Assembly: GCA_964540815.1 (NCBI GenBank) | Contig: CAZIOH010000003.1 | Span: 1,685-65,684 of the forward strand | Direction of reading: 5' to 3' | From: an uncultured Myxococcales bacterium | Lineage (GTDB): Bacteria > Myxococcota_A > Polyangia > Fen-1088 | Length of the DNA: 64,000 bases | Shown: positions 9,611-18,765 of the stretch, piece after piece | How the letters are laid out: every line of letters begins with the position of its first letter | Position numbering within the stretch: the stretch's first letter is position 1 | Program-made: the position numbers and the translations under genes | The notes under the pieces: generated by a model | Seen by the model: the letters and a program-made list of their open reading frames with translations, nothing else | Databases searched by the model: none | Told to the model about the DNA's origin: nothing

Positions 9611-10744
9611 TCAATTCGGCGCGGCGGAGGACGATGGGGGCTCCGAGCCCGACGGGGGCGGCGACGATCCCGCCGGCGGCGGCGGCGCCTCGTCCCTGTA
9701 GGCGTCGATCAGCTTGTTCACGTCGAGCTTGTTGAAGGCCGAGCCCGGGGTGCCTGAGGGCACCAGCAAGATGGCCTTACCTTCCAGCGCCTCGGCGATC
9801 TTCAGCTTGACCATGGCCTTGCCCCCGGCGCCGCGCAGCGCCTCGTTGCGCTTGGCGATGGCCTTGGCCTTGGCGGTGCGCTCGGCCAGCAGCGCCTCGG
9901 CGTTCTGCTGCTGGGCATAGAACTGCGCATCCGCCGAGAGCGTCACCTGCTTCAGCTTCCCCTCGGCCTTGGCGATCTCGGAGGCCACCCCGCCGCGCGC
10001 GGTCTCGAGGTTGCGCAGGGCCTCCTGGGTCACCGCCTCGGTCTCGCTCTTGAGCTGCTCGGCGCGCTGCTCGGCCAGCTTGCGATCGTGGATGATCTTC
10101 TCGTATTCGGGCGCGAAGCGGTGCTCGTGCAGGATCACCTGCAGGACGTTGACCCCGAAGGCCCCGAGCGACTGGCCGAGCACCCGCCGGGCCTCATCGG
10201 CCTTGAGGAAGCGCTTGTCCGAGTTGTAGATGGCCTCGCTGTCGAGCTCGTTGAGCACGTCGCGCACCAGGGTGCGCGCCATCGGCCGCACCAGCTTGTC
10301 CTTGACCTCCTCGGTCGAGGTGCCGACGAACTGGAGGATGCTGGGGACGCGCTGCGGGTCGATGGTCCACACCACCGTCACGTCCATCGAGATGTCGTTG
10401 CCGTCGGTGGTCTTGAACTGCAGATCGTCGCGCTCCTCGCGATCGCCGTTCCTGGCGCTGGCCACCATCTGCAGGTTCTGGACCTTGGTGTCGAAGGTGT
10501 AGAAGTCGCGGATGAAGGGCGCGAACAGGTTGGTCGAGCCCGGCGGATAGAGCTGGTCCTGGACGCCCTTGCTGGCGCACCCGATCGCCAGCTTGCAGAC
10601 CAGCACCCCGACCTCGGTCTCGCCGGTCGAGCGCGACACGCAACCGGACGCCGCCGTCACCGCAGCAGCAGCCGCCACCGCCACCGCCCGCGCCAAGGCT
10701 GGCACGACCATCCGGCCCTTCCCCGGTGGGAGGAGGTCCCTCAT
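9611..10744 (-). CDS. SPFH/band-7 (prohibitin-like) protein
   Basis: LQFKTTDGNDISMDVTVVW, VRPMARTLVRDVL, C-terminal coiled coil; N-terminal anchor/lipobox AASGC. Confidence 0.85.
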   Translation of the reverse strand: MRDLLPPGKGRMVVPALARAVAVAAAAAVTAASGCVSRSTGETEVGVLVCKLAIGCASKGVQDQLYPPGSTNLFAPFIRDFYTFDTKVQNLQMVASARNGDREERDDLQFKTTDGNDISMDVTVVWTIDPQRVPSILQFVGTSTEEVKDKLVRPMARTLVRDVLNELDSEAIYNSDKRFLKADEARRVLGQSLGAFGVNVLQVILHEHRFAPEYEKIIHDRKLAEQRAEQLKSETEAVTQEALRNLETARGGVASEIAKAEGKLKQVTLSADAQFYAQQQNAEALLAERTAKAKAIAKRNEALRGAGGKAMVKLKIAEALEGKAILLVPSGTPGSAFNKLDVNKLIDAYRDEAPPPPAGSSPPPSGSEPPSSSAAPN

Positions 10745-11823
10745 CGGACCTGAAACTTTCGCAGCAGCTCGCCGAGATCGAGCGGGTTGGTCCCGCTCGC
10801 TCCGTCGCTCGGCAGGAGGATCACCCGCACCCCGCGCAGGGCATCGGCCATCTTGAGCCCGACCAGGTTCTCGCTGCCGCTCCCCTGGAGCGCCGTGTTC
10901 TCGAGCTGCGTGCCCTTGGCGTCGGCCAGCTCGACCAGCAGGCGGCCCTCGGCGGCGCGCTTGCGCTGGTACAGATCGGCCTGGGCACGAAGCTTCTCCA
11001 CCTCGGCGCGCCCGCGCGACAGCTCGGTCTCCTGGTTGGCGGCCCCCTCGGCGACCATGGTGTCGCGCTTGCGCTGCTCGATGGCGGCCTTGGCCTCGGC
11101 CTGGCGGAGGAACACGGTCTGGTCGCGGATCTTCCGTCCCTCGATCATCTGCTGGTACTTGGGGTCGTAGGTGTAGCGGCGCACCAGCACCGCCGCGATC
11201 TCGATCCCGTACCCCGCCACCTCGGTGACCAGCTGATCGTGCGCGGCCTGGGCTTTTTCGATGCGCTTTGGCCCCTGGTAGAACTCCTCGCTGTTGAGCT
11301 CCCCGAGGGTCTTGCGCAAGATCCGGTCGGCGCGCGGGATCACCAGGCGGTCCTCGAAGGCCCGTCCGGGCCCGGCCTCGGTGAAGACGTGATAGGGATC
11401 CTTGACCCGGTAGATGATGGTCACGTCGAGCTGGACGTTGTACCCGTCGCTGGTCTGGATCTTGATTGAGTCCGCCTGACGGGACTTCTGCGACAGCTCG
11501 CTGGCGGAGTCACTGAAGTTGATGACCTGCAGATCGCGCGGAAAGAGGTGCAGCCGTTCGACGCCCGCCACGATGAAGTGCAAGCCCGGGCCATACGGCT
11601 CGGGCTTGATGCCGGCGCCCGAGCCGAAGTAAACCTGTCGAATTCCTGTCATGTTGGGCGGCACGTAGGTCGAGCAGGACGACCCGGCGAGGTAGACCGC
11701 CAGCGCGGCCCCGCCGACCAGCCAGAGCAGCCGGACCCGCAGGACGCGGCCGACGATCCGGCGGAGGAGACCGAGGCCCGATTGCCAGTCCAGATCCAGC
11801 CGCGGACGAATGGGATCAGCCAC
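10741..11823 (-). CDS. SPFH/band-7 (prohibitin-like) protein, paralogue of the downstream gene
   Basis: PGLHFIV, IKIQTSDGYNVQLDVTIIYRV, coiled coil; 4-bp ATGA overlap with the next gene. Confidence 0.85.
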   Translation of the reverse strand: MADPIRPRLDLDWQSGLGLLRRIVGRVLRVRLLWLVGGAALAVYLAGSSCSTYVPPNMTGIRQVYFGSGAGIKPEPYGPGLHFIVAGVERLHLFPRDLQVINFSDSASELSQKSRQADSIKIQTSDGYNVQLDVTIIYRVKDPYHVFTEAGPGRAFEDRLVIPRADRILRKTLGELNSEEFYQGPKRIEKAQAAHDQLVTEVAGYGIEIAAVLVRRYTYDPKYQQMIEGRKIRDQTVFLRQAEAKAAIEQRKRDTMVAEGAANQETELSRGRAEVEKLRAQADLYQRKRAAEGRLLVELADAKGTQLENTALQGSGSENLVGLKMADALRGVRVILLPSDGASGTNPLDLGELLRKFQVR

Positions 11824-12391
11824 CGGGCGATCCCGCGCCGCGAGGAGGAGGCGGCGGAGGCGGGAGCAGCTCGTTCAGCTGCACGCGCGCCTCGAGGGCC
11901 GCCTGGGAGGCGCCGAGGCGTAGGGCGATCCGACCGAGCTCGCGCGCATAGCGATGACGGTGCCACACAACCTGGGCGCTTGGCAACCAGGCGCCGGCGA
12001 TCGCCATGGCGAACGGCAGCCACTTCTCCCAGATCGGGATGAAGGGCAACCACACGAGCAGGCCGCCGAGGACCATGCCGCCGAGCACGTAGACGAGTCG
12101 CGCCACCAGATCTCCCCCCCGCCAGAGGCCGAAGCGACGGGCCTCGAGCGCGGTGAAGTCGACCGCGACCGCCCGCCAGGCCACGGGCAGCACGGAGGAC
12201 AGCTCGCGCTCGAGGGCCTGGAAGTAGCTCGGTGGAAGCTCACTCTCGAGGTAACTCTGCCGCAGGGGCGCGAGGGCCGCCTCGACCTCGCGCGCGGTGG
12301 ACTCGGGATCGTGCACCGCCAGCTCCCGGTGACGCTCGAGGTGGGCGAGGACCTCGACGGCGATCCTCCGCATGGCGAATTCATCGGTCAT
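11816..12391 (-). CDS. Hypothetical membrane protein (two TM helices)
   Basis: C-terminal part of ORF 11816..13840 from ATG 12391 (MTDEFAMRRIAVEVL...); LVYVLGGMVLGGLLVWLPFIP hydrophobic; overlaps neighbours on both sides. Confidence 0.7.
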   Translation of the reverse strand: MTDEFAMRRIAVEVLAHLERHRELAVHDPESTAREVEAALAPLRQSYLESELPPSYFQALERELSSVLPVAWRAVAVDFTALEARRFGLWRGGDLVARLVYVLGGMVLGGLLVWLPFIPIWEKWLPFAMAIAGAWLPSAQVVWHRHRYARELGRIALRLGASQAALEARVQLNELLPPPPPPPRGAGSPGG

Positions 12392-13380
12392 CTGGCGAGA
12401 CCTGGGCCGAGAACTCCCTCGGGACGTCGCCGGGGATCTCGCGACGCGGCGGGTGCGGCGGGTGCCGCGGGTGCCGCGGCCGGGAAGACGATCACGAAGG
12501 CGGTCGGGCCGCGCCGGATGCGGGTGGCGCGGCCCGCACGGCGGGCGTGGCGGTAGACCGGCCACCAGTCCTGCGCGCGCAGGAGCGGGCTGGTATCGGC
12601 GTACTCCGGGATCACCAGATCGATCTCGAGGTAGCGCCCGAGGGTGGCCACGCGGATGGCGCGCGCGTAGCTGTAGATCCCGAGGCCCGGCAAAGGGTAG
12701 ACATCGTTGTGGAGCGCGCCTCCGTAGACGGCCACCAGGGGACGGAGACCGGGCGGCGACGTCGGGCGCGGGCCGAGGCGAGCCCGTTCGAGCAGGGCGG
12801 TCTCGATGGTGCGGCGAAGGGCATCGCCCGTCAGGCGCAAGGTGCGATCGAAGTCGAGGTCGGCGGGGGACGCGGTGGTGGTCGAGGTGGAGGCGCGGTC
12901 GGACGGACCGGGGGGCCCACGCATGGCGCGGTAGTCGTCGCAGGACATGGTGAGGATGCGCGGCGCGGCCCCGCGGCCGTGGGCGGCGCGCAGAGCATCC
13001 GCGATGTCGTCCTCCGTGGCGGCCGGACGATCGATGGAGCGGGCAAGGCCCTTGGTCACCGCCTCCTCGACCGGTCCACAGCGCCCCGAGGTCATCCAGG
13101 TCTCCACGATGAAGTGGGACAGCCGGGGCGCCAGCTCGGGCAAGACCTGCTCGGTGAACCGCCGCAAGGTGGGGGCGATCGTCGCCGTGGCGCTGGTCTG
13201 GTGCCACTCGCCGAACCCCACCACCACCGGGTCGGTCTCGGTCAGGGTCGCTTCGATGGCCGCCCGCACCGAGGGGAAGCTGGTCCCGATCGGACGAGGG
13301 TCTGGCGCCGCGGGGAGCGCGGCGGCCCCCGCGGCCGCGGCCACGGTCGCGAGGACCTGGAGGGCGCCCCCGACCATCAC
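12388..13380 (-). CDS. Secreted hypothetical protein, possibly EreA/ChaN/TraB-like fold
   Basis: Signal-like N-terminus; VVVGFGEWHQ, FIVETW and YGGALHND motifs; coupled to both neighbours. Confidence 0.55.
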   Translation of the reverse strand: MMVGGALQVLATVAAAAGAAALPAAPDPRPIGTSFPSVRAAIEATLTETDPVVVGFGEWHQTSATATIAPTLRRFTEQVLPELAPRLSHFIVETWMTSGRCGPVEEAVTKGLARSIDRPAATEDDIADALRAAHGRGAAPRILTMSCDDYRAMRGPPGPSDRASTSTTTASPADLDFDRTLRLTGDALRRTIETALLERARLGPRPTSPPGLRPLVAVYGGALHNDVYPLPGLGIYSYARAIRVATLGRYLEIDLVIPEYADTSPLLRAQDWWPVYRHARRAGRATRIRRGPTAFVIVFPAAAPAAPAAPAASRDPRRRPEGVLGPGLAR

Positions 13381-14129
13381 CTCTCACCCGTCGGGTGGCC
13401 CGCGGCGATCGCGGGCTCGAGGATGCCTCGCACGAACCCCGGCCGAAGGTAGAAGCCCATGCGACCGACGCGGGTCGGGAGGCCATTCTCGTCGAAGGCC
13501 GCCCGGACATCCGCCGCATTCTTGCCTTTCGGTCGAACCTGCAGGACCTGACCGAGGTGGCCGGTGATCGCGGCGGCGCGCCCGCGCCGAAAGTAGTCGC
13601 GCACGAACCGCTCGAAGTCGGCGGCGAGCAGGCGCTCCTCGGCGGGGCTCGGGGTCCACAGCCGCACCGCCGAGATGCGCCGCTCCACCACCGCGTGATC
13701 GAGGTCGGGCCACGCGACGGCCACGAACAGGACGCGGCCGAGCTTGTGGCGGACCGTGCTCGTCTCCCAGGACTCGCCGGCGATCGCGATGGGATCGATC
13801 TGGCAGACCGCGGTCGACTCGCGCGGGACGCCACGTGCATCGACGGGAACCGTCTTCAGCTCGATGCCGAGGTGGGCGAAGTCGGGCCCGCGCCGACCAT
13901 CGGGATCGACGCCGAGCTCGCGCTCGATGATCTGCCCAGCCCAGCCCTTCGAGCGGTCGCGGGTGGCGCCCGGGGCGGGAACGTCGCTGCCGAGCCTGTC
14001 CGCCAGCTCCCCGAGATCCACGCCCACCAAGGCACGCGCATGGGCCAGAAGGGCCGGGAGATCAGCGCCAGCCGAGAGATCCGAGCCGGCCGAGGCCTCG
14101 GGGCTAGTCCGGTCGTCGAAATCGCTCAA
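13377..14129 (-). CDS. mutH: MutH/Sau3AI family endonuclease
   Basis: KGWAGQIIERELG...GPDFAHLGIELKTVPVD..G.PRESTAVC, LQVRPKG and GFYL match the E. coli MutH signature including the PD-(D/E)xK centre. Confidence 0.85.
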   Translation of the reverse strand: MSDFDDRTSPEASAGSDLSAGADLPALLAHARALVGVDLGELADRLGSDVPAPGATRDRSKGWAGQIIERELGVDPDGRRGPDFAHLGIELKTVPVDARGVPRESTAVCQIDPIAIAGESWETSTVRHKLGRVLFVAVAWPDLDHAVVERRISAVRLWTPSPAEERLLAADFERFVRDYFRRGRAAAITGHLGQVLQVRPKGKNAADVRAAFDENGLPTRVGRMGFYLRPGFVRGILEPAIAAGHPTGER

Positions 14130-15702
14130 CGCCGATTCCCCACTTCTTCATCCAGCGCCACACCGCCGCGCGCTGCTTGCCGAGCGCCCGCGCGACCTCG
14201 GCGACGTTGCCCTGGTGGCGACCGAGGAGCTCCTCGATCTGCGCCGCCGTCGGCGTCGGCGTCGCGGCTGGCGCGGAAGCGGAAGCGGAAGGGGACAGGG
14301 TCGAGGTCGAGGACCTCGTCTCCGGCGCGCCCGGGGGCGCCCGCGTCGCACTTCCGAGAGCAGCCACGGCCGCGCCGAGACCAGGAGGAAGGTCGCGGAG
14401 CGCGATTGGACGCTCGCCGCCGGTCAGGACGGCGGCCGTGGCGAGGCTCTTCTCGAGCTCGCGCACATTGAGCGGCCAGGCATGAAGCGCGAGGGCGCGA
14501 AAGGCCGCCTGCTCGAAGGTTCGCGCGGGCGCGGGGACGCGACGCAGGAAATGGGCCGCGAGTGCCCCGAGATCCTCGAGGCGCTCGCGCAGGGGTGGCA
14601 GGTGGATGGGGGAGACCCCCAGTCGGCCGAGGATGTCCTCCCGCAGGCCACCCGGTGACTTCCCGGAGGACTCACCCGTGCGATTGGTGGCCGCGATCAC
14701 CCGCACATCGACCTTGCGCGCGCGGGTGGACCCGAGCGGGGTGAGCTCGCGATCTTGCAAAAAACGCAGCAGCTTGATCTGGGCATCGGGCGCCATTTCG
14801 CCTATCTCGTCGAGGAACAAGGTCCCACCTTCGGCCTCCTCGATCAGCCCGGGCTTGGCGGCGTGGGCGGTCGAGTGAGCGCCCGCGCGGAATCCGAAGA
14901 GCTCGCTCTCGACCAGATCCCCCGGGATCGCGCCGCAGTTGATGGCCACGAAGCGTCCCCGTCGCCCGCTTTGTCGATGCACGGCGCGGGCGTACACCTC
15001 CTTGCCGACGCCGGTCTCGCCGAGCAGCATCAGCTCGCCGTCCGTCGGAGCGAGCCGGCGCAGCCGATCACAGGCCAGCGCCAGGGCCGGCGACGAGGTG
15101 CCCACCGGCCCCAGCGGAGACGTCAGCTCCACCTCGACGGCATCGAGCGCCCGCGGGCTGACCAGGCGGAACACCGCCACGTGGTCGCCAAGAAAGACGA
15201 CCGCGCCATCGCGCAACCGGACGGGAGCGTCGATGCGAACGCCGTCGACGAACGTCCCGTTCTTGCTCCCGAGGTCGGACAGCAGGTACGTGACGCCGGT
15301 CGTCGATGCGGAGGCGGAGGCGGAGGCGGAGCCAGCCGCCATCCCCGCTCCGGGCACACGCGCGAGGCGGGCATGGTTGGCCGAGACCAGCGGATCCGCC
15401 AGCAGGAGCGTCGCCAGCTCCGCGGGGGCGGCCGAGAGCTCGGAGGCGTGCGCTCTGCCCGTTGAAGCAGCGTCGGGCTCCGCCCCGGGCGGCGCAAGAG
15501 AGGCCGACGGGGCGGACGACGGAGACGCCGACGACGATGTCCGCCCGATGTCGAGCCCGCCGCGGACCCTCACCAGGCGCCGGGCCGGGGGGTGCGCCGG
15601 TTGCCCGGCGCTTCCCTGCATCACCAGGATCGCGATCTCCGGGAGCTCCGCGGACGCTGGCGGCGAATGCACGGCCGTCTGCGTCTTGTCGCGCGAGCTC
15701 AC
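14104..15702 (-). CDS. FHA domain plus sigma54-activator-type AAA+ plus Fis HTH transcriptional regulator
   Basis: FHA (VSANHARL, SDLGSKNGTFVDG); Walker A GETGVGKE; ESELFG; Walker B LFLDEIGE; RVIAATNR; WPLNVRELE; HTH GNVAEVARALG. Confidence 0.92.
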   Translation of the reverse strand: MSSRDKTQTAVHSPPASAELPEIAILVMQGSAGQPAHPPARRLVRVRGGLDIGRTSSSASPSSAPSASLAPPGAEPDAASTGRAHASELSAAPAELATLLLADPLVSANHARLARVPGAGMAAGSASASASASTTGVTYLLSDLGSKNGTFVDGVRIDAPVRLRDGAVVFLGDHVAVFRLVSPRALDAVEVELTSPLGPVGTSSPALALACDRLRRLAPTDGELMLLGETGVGKEVYARAVHRQSGRRGRFVAINCGAIPGDLVESELFGFRAGAHSTAHAAKPGLIEEAEGGTLFLDEIGEMAPDAQIKLLRFLQDRELTPLGSTRARKVDVRVIAATNRTGESSGKSPGGLREDILGRLGVSPIHLPPLRERLEDLGALAAHFLRRVPAPARTFEQAAFRALALHAWPLNVRELEKSLATAAVLTGGERPIALRDLPPGLGAAVAALGSATRAPPGAPETRSSTSTLSPSASASAPAATPTPTAAQIEELLGRHQGNVAEVARALGKQRAAVWRWMKKWGIGVERFRRPD

Positions 15703-15753
15703 GGCAAGAGGTTATCACGCGAAACTGCCCCCGCCGGCCGCTGGCCCCAGGGG

Positions 15754-16524
15754 TCAGCGCAGGCTGGCGAGGAGGCGCCCGACCCCGGGCACCCCGTCGC
15801 GCGCCAGCACCTTCAGGGTCTGGCTGCCGATCACGGCGATGTCAGCCTTTCCGCGCAGGAAGTCGACGTCCGCTCGCTCCTTGACGCCGAACCCGACGGC
15901 GAGCGGCAGGCTGGTCGCGGCCCGCGCGCGCTCGAGGTACGCGGTGAGCTCCGAGGAGAACTGGGTCTCGCTGCCGGTCACGCCCTTCCGCGCCACGCAG
16001 TAGACGAATCCGCGCCCGTGGGCCGCGATCTTGGCCAGGCGCGCCGGCGGGGTGTTGGGCGCGAAGATGAAGATGGGCGCGAGGCCGCAGGCCTGCATGG
16101 CGCCGAGATACTCCGCCCCCTCCTCGGCTGGCAGATCCGGCACGATCGCCCCCTGCAACCGGGCGGTGCGCATGCGCTCGGCGAACCGGGCCACGCCCTG
16201 CCGGAACAGCACGTTGTAGTAGCTCATGAAGAGGAAGGGAATGTCGAAGCGCCGGGCGACCTCCGTCGCCAGGGTGAAGCACCGATCGACGGTGGCCCCC
16301 CCGTTCAGCGCCTCCTGGTTGGCGTGGAGGATGGCCGGGCCATCGGCGATCGGCTCCGAGAAGGGGATCTGCAGCTCCATCAGATCCACCCCGGCCTCGA
16401 CCATCGCCTCGACCAGTCGCAAGCTGGTGTCGAGGTCGGGGTAGCCGATCACGATGTGGGTCATGAGCAGGATCTCGTGCTGGCGCCGACGCGCGCGCAG
16501 GTAGTCCGCGAGGGGATCAGCCAC
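15754..16524 (-). CDS. trpA: Tryptophan synthase alpha chain
   Basis: MELQIPFSEPIADGPAI, LFMSYYN, GFVYCVARKGVTG, PLAVGFGV; GTG 16524 overlaps the trpB stop. Confidence 0.95.
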   Translation of the reverse strand: MADPLADYLRARRRQHEILLMTHIVIGYPDLDTSLRLVEAMVEAGVDLMELQIPFSEPIADGPAILHANQEALNGGATVDRCFTLATEVARRFDIPFLFMSYYNVLFRQGVARFAERMRTARLQGAIVPDLPAEEGAEYLGAMQACGLAPIFIFAPNTPPARLAKIAAHGRGFVYCVARKGVTGSETQFSSELTAYLERARAATSLPLAVGFGVKERADVDFLRGKADIAVIGSQTLKVLARDGVPGVGRLLASLR

Positions 16525-17800
16525 GGTAGCGCTCCGCCTTCTTCTGGATGAAGGTCTCCCACTTGGGGTCCTTGAAGGCATCGGCGATGGTGAAGATGTC
16601 CTTGTCGCCGCGGCCCGACTGGTTGATGAGGATGACCTGCTCGGGCGCGAGCTGCGGCGCCTCGACGAAGGCACGCGCGAAGGCGTGGGCCGACTCGAGC
16701 GCCGGGATCAGGCCCTCGAGGCGGATGGTGAGCTTGAGGGCCTCGATCGCCTCGGTGTCGGTGGCGGCCTCGAAGCGGGCCCGCCGGGTGTCGTGGAAGT
16801 GGGCCAGGATCGGCGAGACCCCCACATAGTCGAGCCCCGCCGCCACGCTGTGGGTCTCGTTCATCTGCCCGTCGGCGTTCTGGAGAAAGTAGGTCTTGTA
16901 GCCCTGCGCCACGCCGACCGATCCCTCGAGCAGGCGGGGACCGGCGGCGGGCGCGGCCCCGCTGCGTGGGCCGGCCAGGCGCGCCGCGTGGTGCGCGGTG
17001 TCGAGCCCGTCGCCGCCCGCCTCGACCCCGACCAGCTCGACACCCGGCTCGTCGAGGAAGCCGCTGAAGATCCCCATGGCGTTAGAGCCACCGCCGACGC
17101 ACGCGAAGATCCGCGCCGGCAACTGCCCCGTGGCGGCCAGGATCTGCCCGCGGGCCTCTCGCCCGATGATCGACTGGAAGTAGGTCACCATCTCGGGGAA
17201 GGGGTGGGGACCGCAGGCCGTCCCGAGCACGTAGTGGGTGTCATCCATGTTGGAGACCCAGTCACGGAATGCCTCGTTGATGGCGTCCTTGAGCGTGCGC
17301 GAGCCCTCGACCACCGGCACCACCCGGGCCCCGAGCCGCTCCATCCAGAAGACGTTCGGGCGCTGCCGCTCGACGTCGATCTCGCCCATGTAGATGGTGC
17401 AATCCAGCCCGAACTTTGCGGCCATGGTGGCGGTCGCGACCCCGTGCTGGCCGGCGCCCGTCTCGGCGATCACCCGGCGCTTTCCCATGCGCCGGACCAG
17501 GAGCCCCTGCCCCATCACGTTGTTGATCTTGTGCGCGCCGGTGTGGTTCAGGTCCTCGCGCTTGATGTAGATGCGGGCGCCGCCGAAGTGCCGGGTCAGG
17601 TTCTCGGCAAAGGTGAGCGGCGTCGGCCGGCACGAGTAGCTGCCCATCAGCGCCACGTACTCGGCCCAGAAGGCGGGATCGGCCCGGGCCGCGCCGAAGG
17701 CGGCGTTCAGCTGGTCGAAGGTCGCCTGCAGGATCTCGGGGACGTAGGCCCCCCCGAACCCATCGAAGTATCCATTCTCGGCGCGCACGGGCTCAGCCAT
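16517..17800 (-). CDS. trpB: Tryptophan synthase beta chain
   Basis: YIKREDLNHTGAHKINN (PLP Lys), IAETGAGQHGVATA, CVGGGSNAMG, IPALESAHA, NQSGRGDKD; ATG 17800. Confidence 0.97.
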   Translation of the reverse strand: MAEPVRAENGYFDGFGGAYVPEILQATFDQLNAAFGAARADPAFWAEYVALMGSYSCRPTPLTFAENLTRHFGGARIYIKREDLNHTGAHKINNVMGQGLLVRRMGKRRVIAETGAGQHGVATATMAAKFGLDCTIYMGEIDVERQRPNVFWMERLGARVVPVVEGSRTLKDAINEAFRDWVSNMDDTHYVLGTACGPHPFPEMVTYFQSIIGREARGQILAATGQLPARIFACVGGGSNAMGIFSGFLDEPGVELVGVEAGGDGLDTAHHAARLAGPRSGAAPAAGPRLLEGSVGVAQGYKTYFLQNADGQMNETHSVAAGLDYVGVSPILAHFHDTRRARFEAATDTEAIEALKLTIRLEGLIPALESAHAFARAFVEAPQLAPEQVILINQSGRGDKDIFTIADAFKDPKWETFIQKKAERYRG

Positions 17801-18629
17801 GGGGAATCTCGGCTCCGCTGGTTTGCAAGATGGTTTGATAGAACGTGACCTCGTCGGTGCGACAGGTGATCTCCGAGAAGATCGCGCTCGGCGCCTTGGG
17901 GAAGTGCAGGCGGCGCTTGACCAGCAGCGCCGCCTCGCGTGGCCCGAGCCCGAGCGCCTCACGCGCGTGAGCCGGCGCCGAGGGGGCCAGGATCGCGCGG
18001 AAGCTCTGCTCGGCGTGGCTCGGCCTCAGGTGATAGCGCTCCTCGACCAGGCGGGACAGGGACACCCCGGCCAGCCGCTGTCGGTGGAGATCGGGGAACA
18101 CCTCGGGGTCGAGGAACACTTGCTCGAGCAAGGTGGGGCGAGCACGCCGGGAGGGAGATCTCATGGCAGCCCCTGGCGCGGCAGAGGCCCGAGGCGAAGA
18201 CGTGACCGGGCGCGCCCCGCTCGGCACACTTCCGAGGCGCACGAAGCTGAAGGCGTCGCGGCCGGCGAACGGGTTCTCGGGATCGAGGGTCGGAACCGGC
18301 CGGAGCCGGACCCTCTCGAGCAGTCGCGTGCTCAGCGGGAGCCCGCCGTGCTGGAAGCTCGCGAGGGTCCCGGAGAGCGAGAAGAGATCCACCCGGGGAG
18401 CCCGCCGGCGGACGAAGGTCCCGGAGCCGCGCCGGCGCTCCACCAGGCCGCGCTGCACCAGCAGCTCGGTGGCCTGACGCACCGTCGGGCGTCCGATCCC
18501 GTGGGTGCGGGCCAGCGCCGGCTCGGATGGCAGCCGGGCACCCTCCCCGAGCCGGCCGGCGGCGATCTGCGCGCAGAGCTCCTCGAAGAGCTGGCGATAG
18601 AGGGGGATGGGGGCGTCGGGGTTGATCAT
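17793..18629 (-). CDS. GntR family regulator, HutC/UTRA subfamily
   Basis: PLYRQL...RLPSEPALARTHGIGRPTVRQA..LLVQRGLVERRRGSGTFV; UTRA-like C-terminus; stop overlaps trpB start. Confidence 0.9.
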   Translation of the reverse strand: MINPDAPIPLYRQLFEELCAQIAAGRLGEGARLPSEPALARTHGIGRPTVRQATELLVQRGLVERRRGSGTFVRRRAPRVDLFSLSGTLASFQHGGLPLSTRLLERVRLRPVPTLDPENPFAGRDAFSFVRLGSVPSGARPVTSSPRASAAPGAAMRSPSRRARPTLLEQVFLDPEVFPDLHRQRLAGVSLSRLVEERYHLRPSHAEQSFRAILAPSAPAHAREALGLGPREAALLVKRRLHFPKAPSAIFSEITCRTDEVTFYQTILQTSGAEIPHG

Positions 18630-18675
18630 GACCGGGGGGGAGGGTTGGGGGGGCGAACAGCGAACAGCAGGTCGG

Positions 18676-18713
18676 AGCCTGGCCCTGCTCGCCCAAGTTG
18701 TCAAGACAACCTG
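18676..18713 (-). promoter_or_regulatory. Candidate sigma70 promoter with GntR/HutC-type palindromic operator over the -35
   Basis: GTTGTC-AA-GACAAC at 18697-18710; on the minus strand TTGACA (18704-18699), 17-bp spacer, CAGGCT (18681-18676). Confidence 0.65.
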
Positions 18714-18765
18714 ATCTCCCGGCCTGCCGCCCCCGCGCCCACCGCACCACCCCGGGGAGGTGGGC

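Noticed and set aside
11816-13840. Long ORF 11816..13840 and many other long overlapping or antisense ORFs in the track (e.g. 25539..28886, 28648..32142, 52219..55089, 40079..42466)
   Set aside because: They are shadow ORFs of high-GC DNA: Arg/Pro/Ala/Gly-rich with no motifs and overlapping well-supported genes. Only the C-terminal parts with real protein character were kept where applicable.
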